NCBI RefSeq assembly: GCF_041146345.1
Contig: NW_027191414.1
Coordinates: 248,001-312,000, forward strand
Origin: Neodothiora populina
Lineage: Eukaryota
Direction of reading: 5' to 3'
DNA length: 64,000 bases
Shown: positions 33,034 to 45,387 of the stretch, in pieces
Layout of the letters: each line of letters opens with the position of its first letter
How positions within the stretch are numbered: position 1 is the stretch's first letter
Made by a program: the position numbers and the translations under genes
The notes under the pieces: generated by a model
The model's input: the letters and a program-made list of their open reading frames with translations, nothing else
What the model was told of the DNA's origin: nothing
Databases searched by the model: none

Positions 33034-35606
33034 ATGTCCGAATCACCGGATGGCGACAAGCTCACAGATGGCGATGGACTGTTCAAGAGCAGCACCAACA
33101 CCAGAGACAGTGCTGAGACGGCGTCGACGCCTGTAATAGCCGTGTCGAATAACGATCACGAGCTCTCTCAGCAAGTGCAGCATAATGTGGATAACGTGTT
33201 ATATTCAGATGTGTGTCTACAAAGTGAGCATGACAGAGACACCACCAGGAGCTGACATGTGATCAGATTGGAATCAACACCCTCCTGGCGCGCCTCAAGC
33301 AAAGTGTTGCTTCCGCAAAGGTACAGCAGAATATATGCTACATGACCCAGTCTTCGTCGCATACTGACACACGCTGCGCCAGGACTATGCCGCCTTCTTG
33401 AAGAAACGCTCGTCCATCGAGGAAGACCATGCTATGGGGATGCGCCGTCTGGCAAAGACGCACCATGACAGTATACGCAAGACAGACTCGCGCCAGGGCA
33501 GCTATGTTCACCAACTCGAGCAAGTCATGCGCCAGCACGAGCGCATGGCAGACAACGGCATGCAGTTCGCCCTCTCCGTCCATCAGATGCACGAAGATCT
33601 CAACGAGCTGTCGCGGAACATCGAGTTGGGCCGCAAACACTGGAAACACGAGGGTCTGAACGCCGAGAAGAGAGCCACGGATGCAGAGAGCGCCATGGAC
33701 AAGGCCAAAACAAAGTATGATGGCCTTGCCGAAGAGTACGATCGCGCAAGGACGGGCGACGCCAAAGGTGGCAGGAGACTGGGACTGAAAGGACCCAAGA
33801 GTGCAGCTCAGGTAGAAGAAGACCTGTTGCGCAAACTCCAGGCTGCAGACTCGGACTACCAGCAAAAGGTGCACGCCGCCAGAGCCCAGAGAGAGGAGCT
33901 CATCAAAACAGGACGGCCCCAGGCAGTCAAGGCTCTGCGCGAGCTGATCAACGAGTGCGACTCTGGTCTAGCATTGCAGTTGCAAAAGTTTGGTGAGTAG
34001 GCGCGCGCTTCTGCGACTCTTGGTCTGTCGAATCGCATCTCACACGATCCTAACACATGTCATCACAGCGACATTCAACGAGAAATTGCTGCTGGGCAAT
34101 GGCTTGGTCGTGTGCCCCTTGCCCGCCACCGATGGCGCTCCAGCTCAGCGTAGCATGAAAGACGTTGTCCTCGACATCGACAACGACAGGGACTTTTACA
34201 GTTATATTCTCAACCACACCACGAAAATACCAGTGCGGACTGGAGAAATACAGTATAAACAGCATCCGGTATGTTTCGCAATCATTTTCGCAATTATGGG
34301 CCACGTCACAAACTTGACCATCTGCGGATGCATGTCACGCAGCGCATGCGTGCATGCATGTAGATGCCTTAGCTCCCATTACTTCTGCCTTAGCTTCCAT
34401 TCCATTGCTTCATTCACATTTCACCCATCACCACAAAGCCCTCTTCTGACAAAACTTTCTCCCCCCATCAGACGCTCCTTCCTAAACAGCAAACTCCTGC
34501 ACCTCAGGCGCGTCAAGTGTCATCGACGCTACAGCAACCGCCATCGTCACAATCTGCCACAGTCAGCTTCTCAAGCCCCGGTGTGCCGCCACAGCAATAC
34601 AACAACTCGACCAACGAACAACACAGCGTGTCACCGCAGCCTTCACCACAACCCGCTGCTGCCAAACCTTATCCCACATATCCGACCAACGATCCGTACA
34701 GCCAGTCGGAGACTTCTCCTAACGCGGTCAACAATCCACCTTACCCCTCGAGCGGCTCCTCGGTACGCGGCGTGCCCATCGCATCTCCTACCATTCCTGC
34801 CTCTTATCCTAGCCCTGCTGCATACAACTCGACGAACGGTGCCCCTGGCGGTCCCATGGGTCAGCACCATTCCCAAAACTACCCCACACCACACAATGCC
34901 ACACCGCCGTCATCATCAGCCATAGCCTCGAACTTGCCTCCGCTGAAGCCTGTATTTGGCGTGGCTCTGGAAGAGCTGTTTAGACGAGACGGAACTGCGG
35001 TGCCGATGGTGGTTTACCAGTGCATGCAAGCGGTGGATCTGTTTGGTTTGGATGTTGAGGGCATCTACCGAGTGAACGGTACTGCCGCGCACGTACAGCA
35101 GCTGAAGGCAATGTTCGACCATGGTGAGTCTTATTCGCTGAAGGTTTAACGCACATATACTAACCGTTGCCTCCGCAGATTCCGCCGCCGTTGACTTTAG
35201 AAACCCAACCTCATTTTCCCACGACATCAACTCTGTCGCTGGCCTGTTGAAAACCTTCTTCCGTGATCTCCCCGACCCGTTGTTGACTGCGGCGCATTAC
35301 GGTCGCTTCATCGAAGCTGGTCGCATCGAGGACGATGTAGTCCGTCGCGACACGGTGCACGCCATCATCAACGATCTTCCTGATGCACATTACGCCACCC
35401 TTCGTGCGTTAGTGCTGCATCTCGAGCGCGTGCGAAGCCATGACTCGCAGAACCGCATGGGCACCGCCAATTTGAGTATATGCTTTGCGCCTACGCTCAT
35501 GGGTCTTGGTGAAGGGAGAATGGGTGCGGTCCAAGATGCTGGTCTACAAGCGCGTGTGCTCTCCACCATTCTCGATCACACTTTCCAGATCTTCGATGAG
35601 GATTAG
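33034..35606 (+). CDS. RGD1: F-BAR + RhoGAP protein (Rgd1/Rga7 type), multi-exon
   Basis: F-BAR region IGINTLLARLKQS..FLKKRSSIEEDHA. RhoGAP PVFGVALEELF..VPMVVYQCMQAVDLFGLDVEGIYRVNG, LLKTFFRDLPDPL and NRMGTANLSICFAPTL. Confidence 0.9.
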
Positions 35607-36639
35607 TCCCGGTTCTTATTGACTCGATTGATTGGACTCTCCTTTGGCTCACTGTCGGGAATTGCTCCTTAGCCAGCATTTGGGGCGGGTGTTTTCTGCA
35701 GCCAGCGAGCATTTAAGGGATGAGGGAAGAAAGGAAATCAGGATTAGGCGATTCTTTGCCTCTTTTTTCTTCCCCTGTTTTGGAAAGAACGAAAGGAAGG
35801 AAAGCAAGAATATTCGACAGACAACAGTTTTTGTCTTTTCTTCTTTTGTGTATCTTGTCTCTAGCCATTGCACACAGTGTTCTGTTGGGTTGGGTTCTAT
35901 TCCTCTTTCGATTATCATACCCACCTTGGCTTTTTTCTTTATTCTTGTCGTTTTGAGTATCTGTTCTGTTCTCGTACGTATTCAATACCACTTTTCATAT
36001 CAGCACATCGACATCGACATCTGTTTGGTCGTTCACTATCACCTCTTGTCATCAGCATGTGGATGGAGAAATGGAGGGGCCACTTCTGTGGTTCGTTTCG
36101 ATACATGCATACAGACCTTTTCCCCGTGTGACCTGATTGTGTCCACCGAAAAAGCTCATTCTACTCGAGATTGAGACATAGCCGAAGACGACAGTATAGT
36201 TCTGCCTTGATTAAGGGAACCATAAAACGAGTGCATCACTAAATTCCGGCCTTCAAACGAGAACAAGTCGTCAAGAACATCCGTTCACTATGCACCTAGG
36301 TACAATATCGATCCTGTCACGCTCCAGATTCTTTCTTGCTGGTTGGATCACTTTTTACCTACCTACTTTACTTTCCTGCAAAGGGAAAAGGAGATCTTAC
36401 TATCTTGTCTGCATGTTGCGCAAACATCAATCACGTATGTGTTAGCAGAATATGCGTCGAGTATACCGAACCTTCCATCGATTCTTTACGTCAGCCTGGT
36501 CTATCTACCTGCGTGATGTATATATGGTCTTGAGACTTAGATGAGACTTTTTCGGGGCTCAGTATATGCGCTTCATAGATGTACTGTTCGAACCTCTGAT
36601 GTGATGCGGTGCGATGCGATGCGAGCATGTAATGTACTG

Positions 36640-36990
36640 GCCTTGTCTTCATTGTGATGCGAGTGAGGAGCATGTGAAAGGTGTTTCGTCTTCAATGTAA
36701 GGCAATGCGAGTGACAAGCGCGTACACTGTGTGTAGTCTTCAGTGTAATGCCAGTAAGGAGCGTGTATATGTAATGTAGTAGTCACTAATATGTGTTTCA
36801 AATTGAAGCTTGTGGATGCATGTAGTCTTCACTTCGACGCAAGGAAGATGCGTATGCGCGTAATGTAGTCTTCACTGTCATGTAATGCAAGGGAGAAGCA
36901 ACTGTATGTCAAGTAGTCTTCACTGTGATGCACATAAGAAGTGCGCGTGTGTGTACAGAGAGTCTTCATTGTGGTGTATGTAAGGCAGGA
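36640..36990. repeat. Degenerate array with core (TGTA)GTCTTCAnTGT at 43-48-bp spacing
   Basis: GTCTTCA starts at 36645, 36688, 36736, 36825, 36868, 36916 and 36962, with a degenerate copy (GTAGTCAC) at ~36779. Confidence 0.8.
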
Positions 36991-39647
36991 GAAGGTTTTG
37001 CTTGTGCGCTAATCTTGCATTTCCTTCTGTATCGCCTGTAAGGTAGGTTATCTACAGTCGGTCCTTGCTTTGGCTGCGTAAAGGTGAGTCTACCATGACT
37101 ACCTACTGTGTCAGGGTAGAAGCACTCGTACTGCATTCGCTGCACCATAGCACCACCTAGATGCATAGATGACCTCAACATATTGTGTCCATCAAGTTGT
37201 TAGATCTCGTTTTTACTCACAAAGACCCACCTCCCCTGAATGGCCGAGTCAATTCACCCAATCCCCCATCAAGCAAGGGGTACGGCCAAACGCAACAACC
37301 CCCCGGATCGCACATCACAAATTCTAGACTCTACTAATCCCTCCCTGGTCATGGAAAAGGAAAGTAAAAAGAAAAACAAATGACATCTCCCCCGTTTCCT
37401 GTCCCGCGAACGTGGAGAACTAAAAGCTATCGAAACGGTCTCGCCGCCTGCATGCGTACATGCGTGTATGCGCGTGCATAGCGTGTTGCGGCAAGGACGG
37501 GCAGGCGTGTTTGCGCGCATGTTGTAGTATGCGACGCGAGTCGCCCCCTGGCACGTAGATTTCTTTATGGTTCTTTCTTCAACGGGGTTCTTCCCTTTCC
37601 TGCTATGCAAGTCTGTCTATCTGTCTGCATGCAGAAGTCCGTCTGGACTTTCTGATATGTACTCGAGGGTGACGTGACGTGTCAGATTCATGAGTTTTTT
37701 TTTTCTGAAGACGCGTTTGCTTGTGTGTTGCTGCTGCTTTGTATGCTCCTTGCCTTGAGGTGTCTTCTTATTGCTGCCCCACTTGTTTGTTTAGGTGCTG
37801 TCTACACGGAAACGCGTGCTCTGCAAAGTACGTCTATGCCATGCCAGCCAATGTCATATTCAATCAGGATCAGATCCAGCACCTGTGTTCATGATGCAAC
37901 ACTTTACGTTTGACAATGGTTTGGCGACTCATCCATACGCTCTAAGTGTTCACGCTCGTCCTTTCTCTTGTTCACTTCATACCTTGCATTGCATTTCCTC
38001 TATTAGACATCGTTTCGAGGTTTCCACACGCGACAGACATGGAATTGACATGTGAATCACCGCTAGAGTTAGATCCAGGGATGATCTCTGTTCTGTGACG
38101 TAGGTCCTTCAGTTCATTCGACCAGAAGAAAAGACATGTTGAGGCAATGTTTTTCACCCCTGGCGGGGAGATCGACGTGCATGCAAACGGAGGCCAAACC
38201 GGGGAACCATCCATATCACCAATTTTGGTCGAGCTGTTGAACCTGCAGAGAGTGCAGAAGGGTTATGCAGGTGCAGGGAAGAAATTTGGGTTGTTGAGGC
38301 ATCAAGCAGGTAAGGCGCAAAGCAAGCACTGTTGGTGGAGACAACGTCGTTGATGCAGTTTGCGCATGGGACGTACACGGGCGTATAGACGTTCTCATTC
38401 TATCGACTGATCTTTACTGTAACTGCTGCTAGTGATATGAGATAAGGAGCGGGTGATTTGCAGTTGTACGGACACTCAATCCGAAAACACTGACAATTGC
38501 GACACGGTGACACATGTATAGATAGAGTACTTACTCTGATACAGGAATAGGCAGCCTCGGTAGCGTCTACTATATCTCGTTTGGCGGGGTCAAGATTCGT
38601 CGATTAATTAAGGTCAGTCAAGGAGAGCCCAAAGCAATCGGATGCGGCATCCCTGAAAGCGGTCAAGCTGCATACTTGGTGTGTGGCGCCGTCGACTTGT
38701 CTCTTCCTTCGTGAACCAAACGGATCTTTCGAAAATGCCATCAGCAGCAGCAACACCCTGCAGACCGTTTCTCGCATGGCCGCATTCGAGAGGACGATGC
38801 GACCCGGACTTCGCCTTTGGTGTCGCTGATGCTCTGTCTATCACCGAACCTTGCGGGACTCGCTCCTAGTGCTGCTTCCAATCATGCATGCTATTGACTA
38901 TATACGACCCGTACCAGTGTCCGACTGGATATTTCGCCCATACTAGCGGTCACGAACCGCCCCCGGGAGATTGGTCCAATACAGGCGGCTAAAATGACAT
39001 TCCTTGCCCAATTCTGTGCCCTTTCACATGCCCAAGTCTACCAAAATTAATCTGGAATCGCTGTTTGCTTACATGACATATGTGTTCCCGAGGCTTGTGT
39101 TTGGTCCAAAGAGGTCTGTAGATCACAGGGTGCAAACGAGAGGCGTCCTGCCCAACCACGTCAGACTTCCAAATAACATATGACGAGTTGAGAGCAGAGA
39201 ACAACACAGGGGCTGGCGTTTAGGTGGCAAGTATCCTGTCTGCCATACAGAAGACCCAGAAGAAATTAGGGCGACAGTCTTCTCTAGTAAGAGGGGGGGT
39301 GAATAGTGCTGTGTAACGAAAGATAACTAGATGTACAACGCTGCCCTCTTTTCTGTTGCCTCTTCACTTTTACTACACCCCCCCCCCTACCTAATCTATT
39401 TATACAGATGCGCTGGCCCTGACATGATGCGGTATGCATGTCTCTTCAGCTCCGGTAGTAAAATAATCTCGTTCCGCCTTTTCACTTTATCCGCATAGGA
39501 ACCTTGCTGAGACATACATCTAATGCCTGACTCAATATCATCATCATCGGACAAGAAACAAACATATAAGCAGGCTTACGCTGCTGCCTTCGTCTTGCAA
39601 GACTGCTTGACGTGTGGTTACCACGAAATACAACAGAACAGGCAAAC

Positions 39648-41288
39648 ATGTGTCAGAAAATCAAGACGATCTGGCAATGCGGCCACTGGAACATAGAGGA
39701 TCCTCGCAAATGCCGCACAGCAAGCATTCGAAACAAGTCATGCTGTCAAGAATACGGCTTTGCATGGGCTTTCCGGCCGCCGGTCGTCGAAACGACTATG
39801 AGTGACTGCCTGTCATGTCAATGCGCAATCATCGAGAAGGCGAAACGAGACGCCAACAAGAAGTTCGTTGAGCGATCCCAAGCCTACCCGCGCCTCAGGA
39901 ACGTTTCGGCACACGATGATGAGAAGCGCCGAAAGTATGGACGACCGCGGTTCGATCGACGTCCGTCCACCTCTGATGAGATTGTACACATACCATCAAC
40001 ATGGACATCAGAGTATAATAGGCTTCCTTCTAACGCGAATGAGTATGACCAGTTCGTGCGTGGTCGCTTCAACCCCCTTGAGCAACTTTCCGACAGTCAT
40101 ATGCTTCCGGTATTGACCACCGGAGCCGGCCTTTTCCACCAAGACGCAGATGCAAAGGCAGCTCCCAGAGGAAGGCAGCACGCATCTGCAACGCTGGTCC
40201 CACGCGCGCCTAATACCACATCAGGCGTTGTGCATCAAGTCCGGCCTGTGACACGCGCGCAGCTCCCAAATACCACCGCCACCAAGTTTCAGCCCGAGCG
40301 CCACATGTTCACCGCAACTACAGACCAAGTCCGACAGCAACAGCAGCAGAAATCTCAAGCAGCAGGTCTACCAGCGGCAAATGCTCCATCATCGGCACGC
40401 CAGAGGCGCACAACGACGCCGGCTTCCGGGTATTATCGATCCAAAGCTCCACCCCCAGGTTATGCGCCCCAGATGCCTCGTGGAGGGGCACCAGCGAACA
40501 ACGCTATCGCTCAACGCCTTGCCCTCATGGATCAGAAGCGGCGCGCCCAGGTGCAACAGCAGCAACAGCAACAACGCGTGGACAGCGGTAACACCACATC
40601 CTCATGCGGTCTTGCACTGGCAATCGCCAAACAGAACAGCGAAACCATCATGGCAGAAGACGATTACTCCTCGTGCTCATCTTACTCGTCTGGGACATGC
40701 TCATCGACGATGTCGTCCATCTCCCCCTTCGCTCAACTCTCAGCAGCGAACGCTGCCATAGCCGCCGCGAACCGCACCCAGAACGAGCCGTACACAGACT
40801 TCCGCGACCTTGGTCTATCCAGTCCGCCCACTACCTCAGGCGAAGGCAGCATAGCTGTGATTCCAACAGGAAAGAGATCGACTAGGATCACGATGATGAT
40901 GCCGACACCGCCCAAGTCCCCGCAACCCTCGGCTCGAAGGCCGTCCTACACAACGGCCATCTCCATAAGCAACACTAGCACAGCAGCAGCAGGCAGTGGT
41001 AGCTACAACAACAGCAATAACAAAACCAAGAACACGAAGACAACTGCCGCAACCCGAAAGACCACCAAGAACGCCCTCAACAAGAGTGGAGGTTGGCTAC
41101 CACCCCTGACAGGCCCATTGCCTCCAAAGCAAGAAACCGACACGGCGCCACCCTCGAGGTCTCCTTCTGTAGAGAGAAATGCCATGAGCGGTTGTGTTGG
41201 TGGCGACGATGGCGATGACGCGGTGATGGTGGGTGGCATGGCGTGGTTTGTCACTGGTAGGGGAGGGGGAAGTAGAAGCCTGCCTTAG
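39648..41288 (+). CDS. Hypothetical protein with Cys-rich N-terminus and low-complexity tail
   Basis: First ATG is at 39648: MCQKIKTIWQCGH..C..CC..CLSCQC, followed by Gln/Ser/Thr-rich disordered sequence. ~546 codons open. Confidence 0.7.
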   Translation: MCQKIKTIWQCGHWNIEDPRKCRTASIRNKSCCQEYGFAWAFRPPVVETTMSDCLSCQCAIIEKAKRDANKKFVERSQAYPRLRNVSAHDDEKRRKYGRPRFDRRPSTSDEIVHIPSTWTSEYNRLPSNANEYDQFVRGRFNPLEQLSDSHMLPVLTTGAGLFHQDADAKAAPRGRQHASATLVPRAPNTTSGVVHQVRPVTRAQLPNTTATKFQPERHMFTATTDQVRQQQQQKSQAAGLPAANAPSSARQRRTTTPASGYYRSKAPPPGYAPQMPRGGAPANNAIAQRLALMDQKRRAQVQQQQQQQRVDSGNTTSSCGLALAIAKQNSETIMAEDDYSSCSSYSSGTCSSTMSSISPFAQLSAANAAIAAANRTQNEPYTDFRDLGLSSPPTTSGEGSIAVIPTGKRSTRITMMMPTPPKSPQPSARRPSYTTAISISNTSTAAAGSGSYNNSNNKTKNTKTTAATRKTTKNALNKSGGWLPPLTGPLPPKQETDTAPPSRSPSVERNAMSGCVGGDDGDDAVMVGGMAWFVTGRGGGSRSLP

Positions 41289-43637
41289 ATGGACTTTTGA
41301 CTGTCCTAACTTCTCGCTTCTCTGCTTGCATGCTGCAGATTTGCATGCTACGAAGAAGCATCGCATCGCCTTGATGATATCGTCGACCTGCACTTCAGTG
41401 CTCTTGTATTTTTTATCTTTTTCCTCTCCCTCTTTTCTCTCGTCGACTCCTTCTTTGAGGGTTTCTCGATCACGACACTACGCTACGGAACCGACACTCT
41501 CTAACGTCTAATTGTCACCCACCAGACCGACTACCTCACGTTATCTGCATTTGCTTTTTCCGTTTCTGCTTTATCCTCTTCTTACCATTCAGCGAAGAAG
41601 CCTCGGTTGCTTTTTCCCGTTTTCTGTGCTTTCTACTTTTGGCGATTCAATTCGGCGATTGACTACTGTACCTCGACGATACCCCCAGTATAGCTTTTTT
41701 GTTTTTCTTTTCTTCTTTTGCTTTATGCAGTCTACGAATATTATCAATGATTGAACCGGAACGAAAACTAAATGGAAACCTGAATCCGAGTGCGTGCTTT
41801 GCAGATATCACGGGTAAGTATACGAGGACTAGTAGCGTATTTGTTTCGTGGTCTTGGTAGTATACTGTGTTTCTAACTTCTATATGATATATGTCTATAG
41901 AGAAGGGGTTGAGAGTCTCTGATTAGGTTGGGGTTATGCACTGATAGCCCGTCCGACTAACGTGGTTTGAAAGTGAACCTTGGCTTTTTGCTCTCAGGAT
42001 GGCCCTCTACGATTGGATAAACCGATTGCACTGTCTGTATGTATTATCTACCTTTGACCTCCGTCTGGAAAATACCGACGACAGTGGCCGCACATCAAGA
42101 AAACATGACATTGTTGCCTAGCTGGCTGCTGGGTAGCTAGATGCTTTGCCACATGCGACGTCAGAGACAACAATACGCGCCGAATCGTATAGTAAGTGCC
42201 ATCAATTGATGTGTGGGACAGGCAAAATGGTTCAGAGGAGGTAGTGTAAGCTTAGCTCAGCCACGTGGCACAACAACGAGAAGAAGATGGCGCGTCGGTG
42301 TGGACAAAAGAATGAACGATACAGTCTGTTAGTCTTCACCCTGACTGATTACCACGCTGGTGGGTGATTATTGTGAGCGAGGCTGATTACATCTCGTTGT
42401 CGGTATTGTAACAGAACAAAAAAGAAGTCGGAACATGACTGTATTCGATCGTCAGATATCGGCAACTCCGTAAGTATTCCTCGGGAGTGTAGAGCCATAA
42501 TAGACTTCTCCGATTCTATAGACTCATGATGCGATGCATGATGCGCTTCGTAGTCCGAGAGCTGCCCGTTTGGGATGGGATGATCAGAAAGTATCGATGT
42601 TGGTGTTGTCGCATGCTTATCTTTGGGGCGCCTGTTGCCTGTGCGGAAATCCGAGCGGGCAGCGAAAGCGACAACGACGACGTGGTCAGCTGCGAGAGCG
42701 ACAGCAAAGTCAAGAACTTGCCTTGAGAGATGAAGAGAAAAAAGGAGATTGAAGAGTGTGAGAAGTAATGGCACATGTCCGTCGGACAAGTCATGGGTTC
42801 AGACAACAAACAATGCATGTACTGTTTGTTATGCGGATTGGATTGTTTTGGAAGAGAGCAACAACGCACAGAAACAGAAACAGAACAACTGCCTTGTTCG
42901 ATTCGGACTTCGGGGCTCCCTGCGTCGGTCATGTCGTGTCACCCACCTCGACCCCGATGTCTGGGTAATGCATGCCCAAGGCAGAGCCAAACCCCATGAC
43001 CATCTGCTTACCGCCCTTGCGGATGTTACAGACGCAGGGAGAACTGGTGGGGGAAAAGGTGGAGATGCGGGCATGACTCACTCTACATGATCTGGGGACA
43101 CACCTGACAGGCAGCTGAGAGGCCACGAGAGTCGGACGTCGCAGGTTACACAGACAAAGTTGCCTGCGAGTCAAAGGACCAAGATCGAAGTGTTGATTTG
43201 GAAGGCATTGCATTAAGACGTGTCTACCTTACCTAGTATCTGAGTATCTTTTGCCCAAGGGCGCGCGCGGGTTAAGGTAGCCAGAGTGGTTCGTTATGCT
43301 TTGCGACCGGACTAATTCATTGCCTTCAGATCTGAGCCGAGATCGTGCATGACAACCTTACCGCGGGTTACTGTACTTTGCTGTACATGTGCATTCATAT
43401 GAAGGACCAATTAGAGATCTTGAGTGGAGGTGATGTACAGAGTATACCACAGCTTAGTCATCCACTTTCACATGTCGGCTTCCTTCCTGCCTCGCCTCGC
43501 AACCGACGTCACTTCCGCATTTGTGAATCTACCTGAACAAATCAACTCTTCACACAATTTCGGCTCTGAACACTGTTACAAACCAAGTAATGATGGCAAT
43601 CGTATCAAGATAGCCGACGCCTCTATGTTATCCAATC

Positions 43638-45194
43638 ATGGTCGGTTTCCAGGACTCGATCAACCTGGTGCAAGAAAGTCTCCGTGATTCAAACCACACA
43701 GGCTCGACAACCCGACAGCATACAGAAGTCGACCATGACCAGATTCTACGCGACTACGACACCCTCATGCGCGAACATGAGCGACGGATGAACGGCCACA
43801 GAAGACATGTGAAAAGGCATCGGGAAACAAGAAGTAGGCATGGAGACGACAATGAAGGCTCAGCGAGATCAAGGTCAAGATCCCAGTCGCCAAGGCCTCC
43901 GGTGCGCTTGCGATTCAAGTCGGACAAGGACAAGACAAGGAGCCACCGGAGCAGCGGTCGAAGCAAGAGGCAGAGGCGAAACTACCACGATGATGACATG
44001 GAGAGAGATGGTCGAAAAGAGAGGGAAAGAGAGCCAAGATCGGCAGAGAGAGGCAGCGACGAGGAAGATGAATCCAGACTTCCGACAGCAGACTTGGACA
44101 ATTATGCAGCTCATCCTTTTGCCCGCCCCAGACTGACCTCGACTTATCTGGATCCTACGCTCTCGGCCTCGGCCTCAGCCTCGGCGTCGCCACAGCCATC
44201 AGACCACTCGTCTACCTTTGCCCCGCCTCGCCCAGCTACACCACCCCCGGTTGAGAATGAAACCTTCGAAGGCCCCGACGAAGCATTCCGCGCTTCTCTA
44301 TTTGACGCAATGGCCGACGATGAAGGCGCCGCATACTGGGAAGGCGTCTATGGGGAACCCATCCACGTCTACACGCGACCCACTGTTAGAACCGCCTCGG
44401 GAGGACTAGAGCAAATGTCTGACCAGGAGTACGTTGAATATGTCAAGCGCAAAATGTGGGAGAAGAAGAACCCCGAGCTTGTCCAGGAGCGTGAAGATCG
44501 CGCCAGACGGGACCTGGAAGAGGAGCAAAAGCGGGCCGCAAGAAGTCGACGAGGCAACGACGAGGCAGAGAGTGGAGAGAGTGACTACGAATGGATCGGC
44601 AACGAAGAAAAGGGCTACCAGAGGCGCAGAGTTCGCGGCAAACCCCACAGACCCGACACCAAGTCTTCGTCGAGAAGAAGCAATACCTTCATGTCCGACG
44701 TCGACGCCGCGCTTGCCCGAGGCGCCAGACGGAAAGAAGCCAAAAAGTGGCAGCAGGCGTGGACGGATTACACACGCAAATGGGCTGACGCTCTCAACAC
44801 CAAGTCTCCTAAAGACAACAACAACAACAACAACAACAGCAGCAGCAGCAGCACAAAACCGGAACAGAAACCAGATATCGCCCAAGCCATCCCCTGGCCT
44901 GTCCTGGACGGCAAACCCAAAACAGCCAGAATCAGAGACAACGTCGAGGATTTCTTCCGTAACCATCATCATTACGCCGCAGCACTTGCTAGTAGTAGCC
45001 AAGAGAAACCAAACGAGGACAAGAACGCGTCCTGGACGGCGCTGCTCAAAGCCGAGAGATTCAGGTGGCATCCGGACAAGATCCAGCATCGCTTCGGTGG
45101 AGGAGAGAATGTTGACGCTGATACTCTAGCGCTCGTCACTAGTGTTTTCCAGATTATTGATGGACTAATGGCGAAAGCCAGAAATGAAGGCTGA
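43638..45194 (+). CDS. Conserved fungal protein with C-terminal WHPDK motif (NFKBIL1-like)
   Basis: 518-aa ORF with AFRASLFDAMADDEGAAYWEGVYGEPIH, MSDQEYVEYV, IPWPV and LLKAERFRWHPDKIQHRF. The N-terminal half is RS/RE-rich. Confidence 0.75.
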   Translation: MVGFQDSINLVQESLRDSNHTGSTTRQHTEVDHDQILRDYDTLMREHERRMNGHRRHVKRHRETRSRHGDDNEGSARSRSRSQSPRPPVRLRFKSDKDKTRSHRSSGRSKRQRRNYHDDDMERDGRKEREREPRSAERGSDEEDESRLPTADLDNYAAHPFARPRLTSTYLDPTLSASASASASPQPSDHSSTFAPPRPATPPPVENETFEGPDEAFRASLFDAMADDEGAAYWEGVYGEPIHVYTRPTVRTASGGLEQMSDQEYVEYVKRKMWEKKNPELVQEREDRARRDLEEEQKRAARSRRGNDEAESGESDYEWIGNEEKGYQRRRVRGKPHRPDTKSSSRRSNTFMSDVDAALARGARRKEAKKWQQAWTDYTRKWADALNTKSPKDNNNNNNNSSSSSTKPEQKPDIAQAIPWPVLDGKPKTARIRDNVEDFFRNHHHYAAALASSSQEKPNEDKNASWTALLKAERFRWHPDKIQHRFGGGENVDADTLALVTSVFQIIDGLMAKARNEG

Positions 45195-45387
45195 GATTTT
45201 TTGTAGTGTTATAAAAAATTAGCGGCCATTGACAGCGTATCTATAGACACGAGAGAAGTTGCCCTATCTTCTCGTTCTCTGAATCATCAATCATATAATT
45301 ACTGTGCGAAATTGCAGAACCGAGAAATCCGCTCTTCAGTACGCATAAGACCAAGAAACGGAAAACGACCTCGAGAAAGCCAATCAC

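Noticed and set aside
36640..36990. CRISPR array call for the GTCTTCA repeat
   Set aside because: The genome is eukaryotic, there are no cas genes, the core is short and non-identical, and the linkers resemble each other. Kept only as a degenerate array.
37670..38870. Overlapping 60-90-aa ORFs in the long intergenic gap
   Set aside because: The frames do not join, and there is no domain or convincing splice chain.
42349..43213. Cluster of overlapping ORFs on both strands upstream of the WHPDK gene
   Set aside because: No family resemblance. They are compatible with chance ORFs in ~50% GC DNA.
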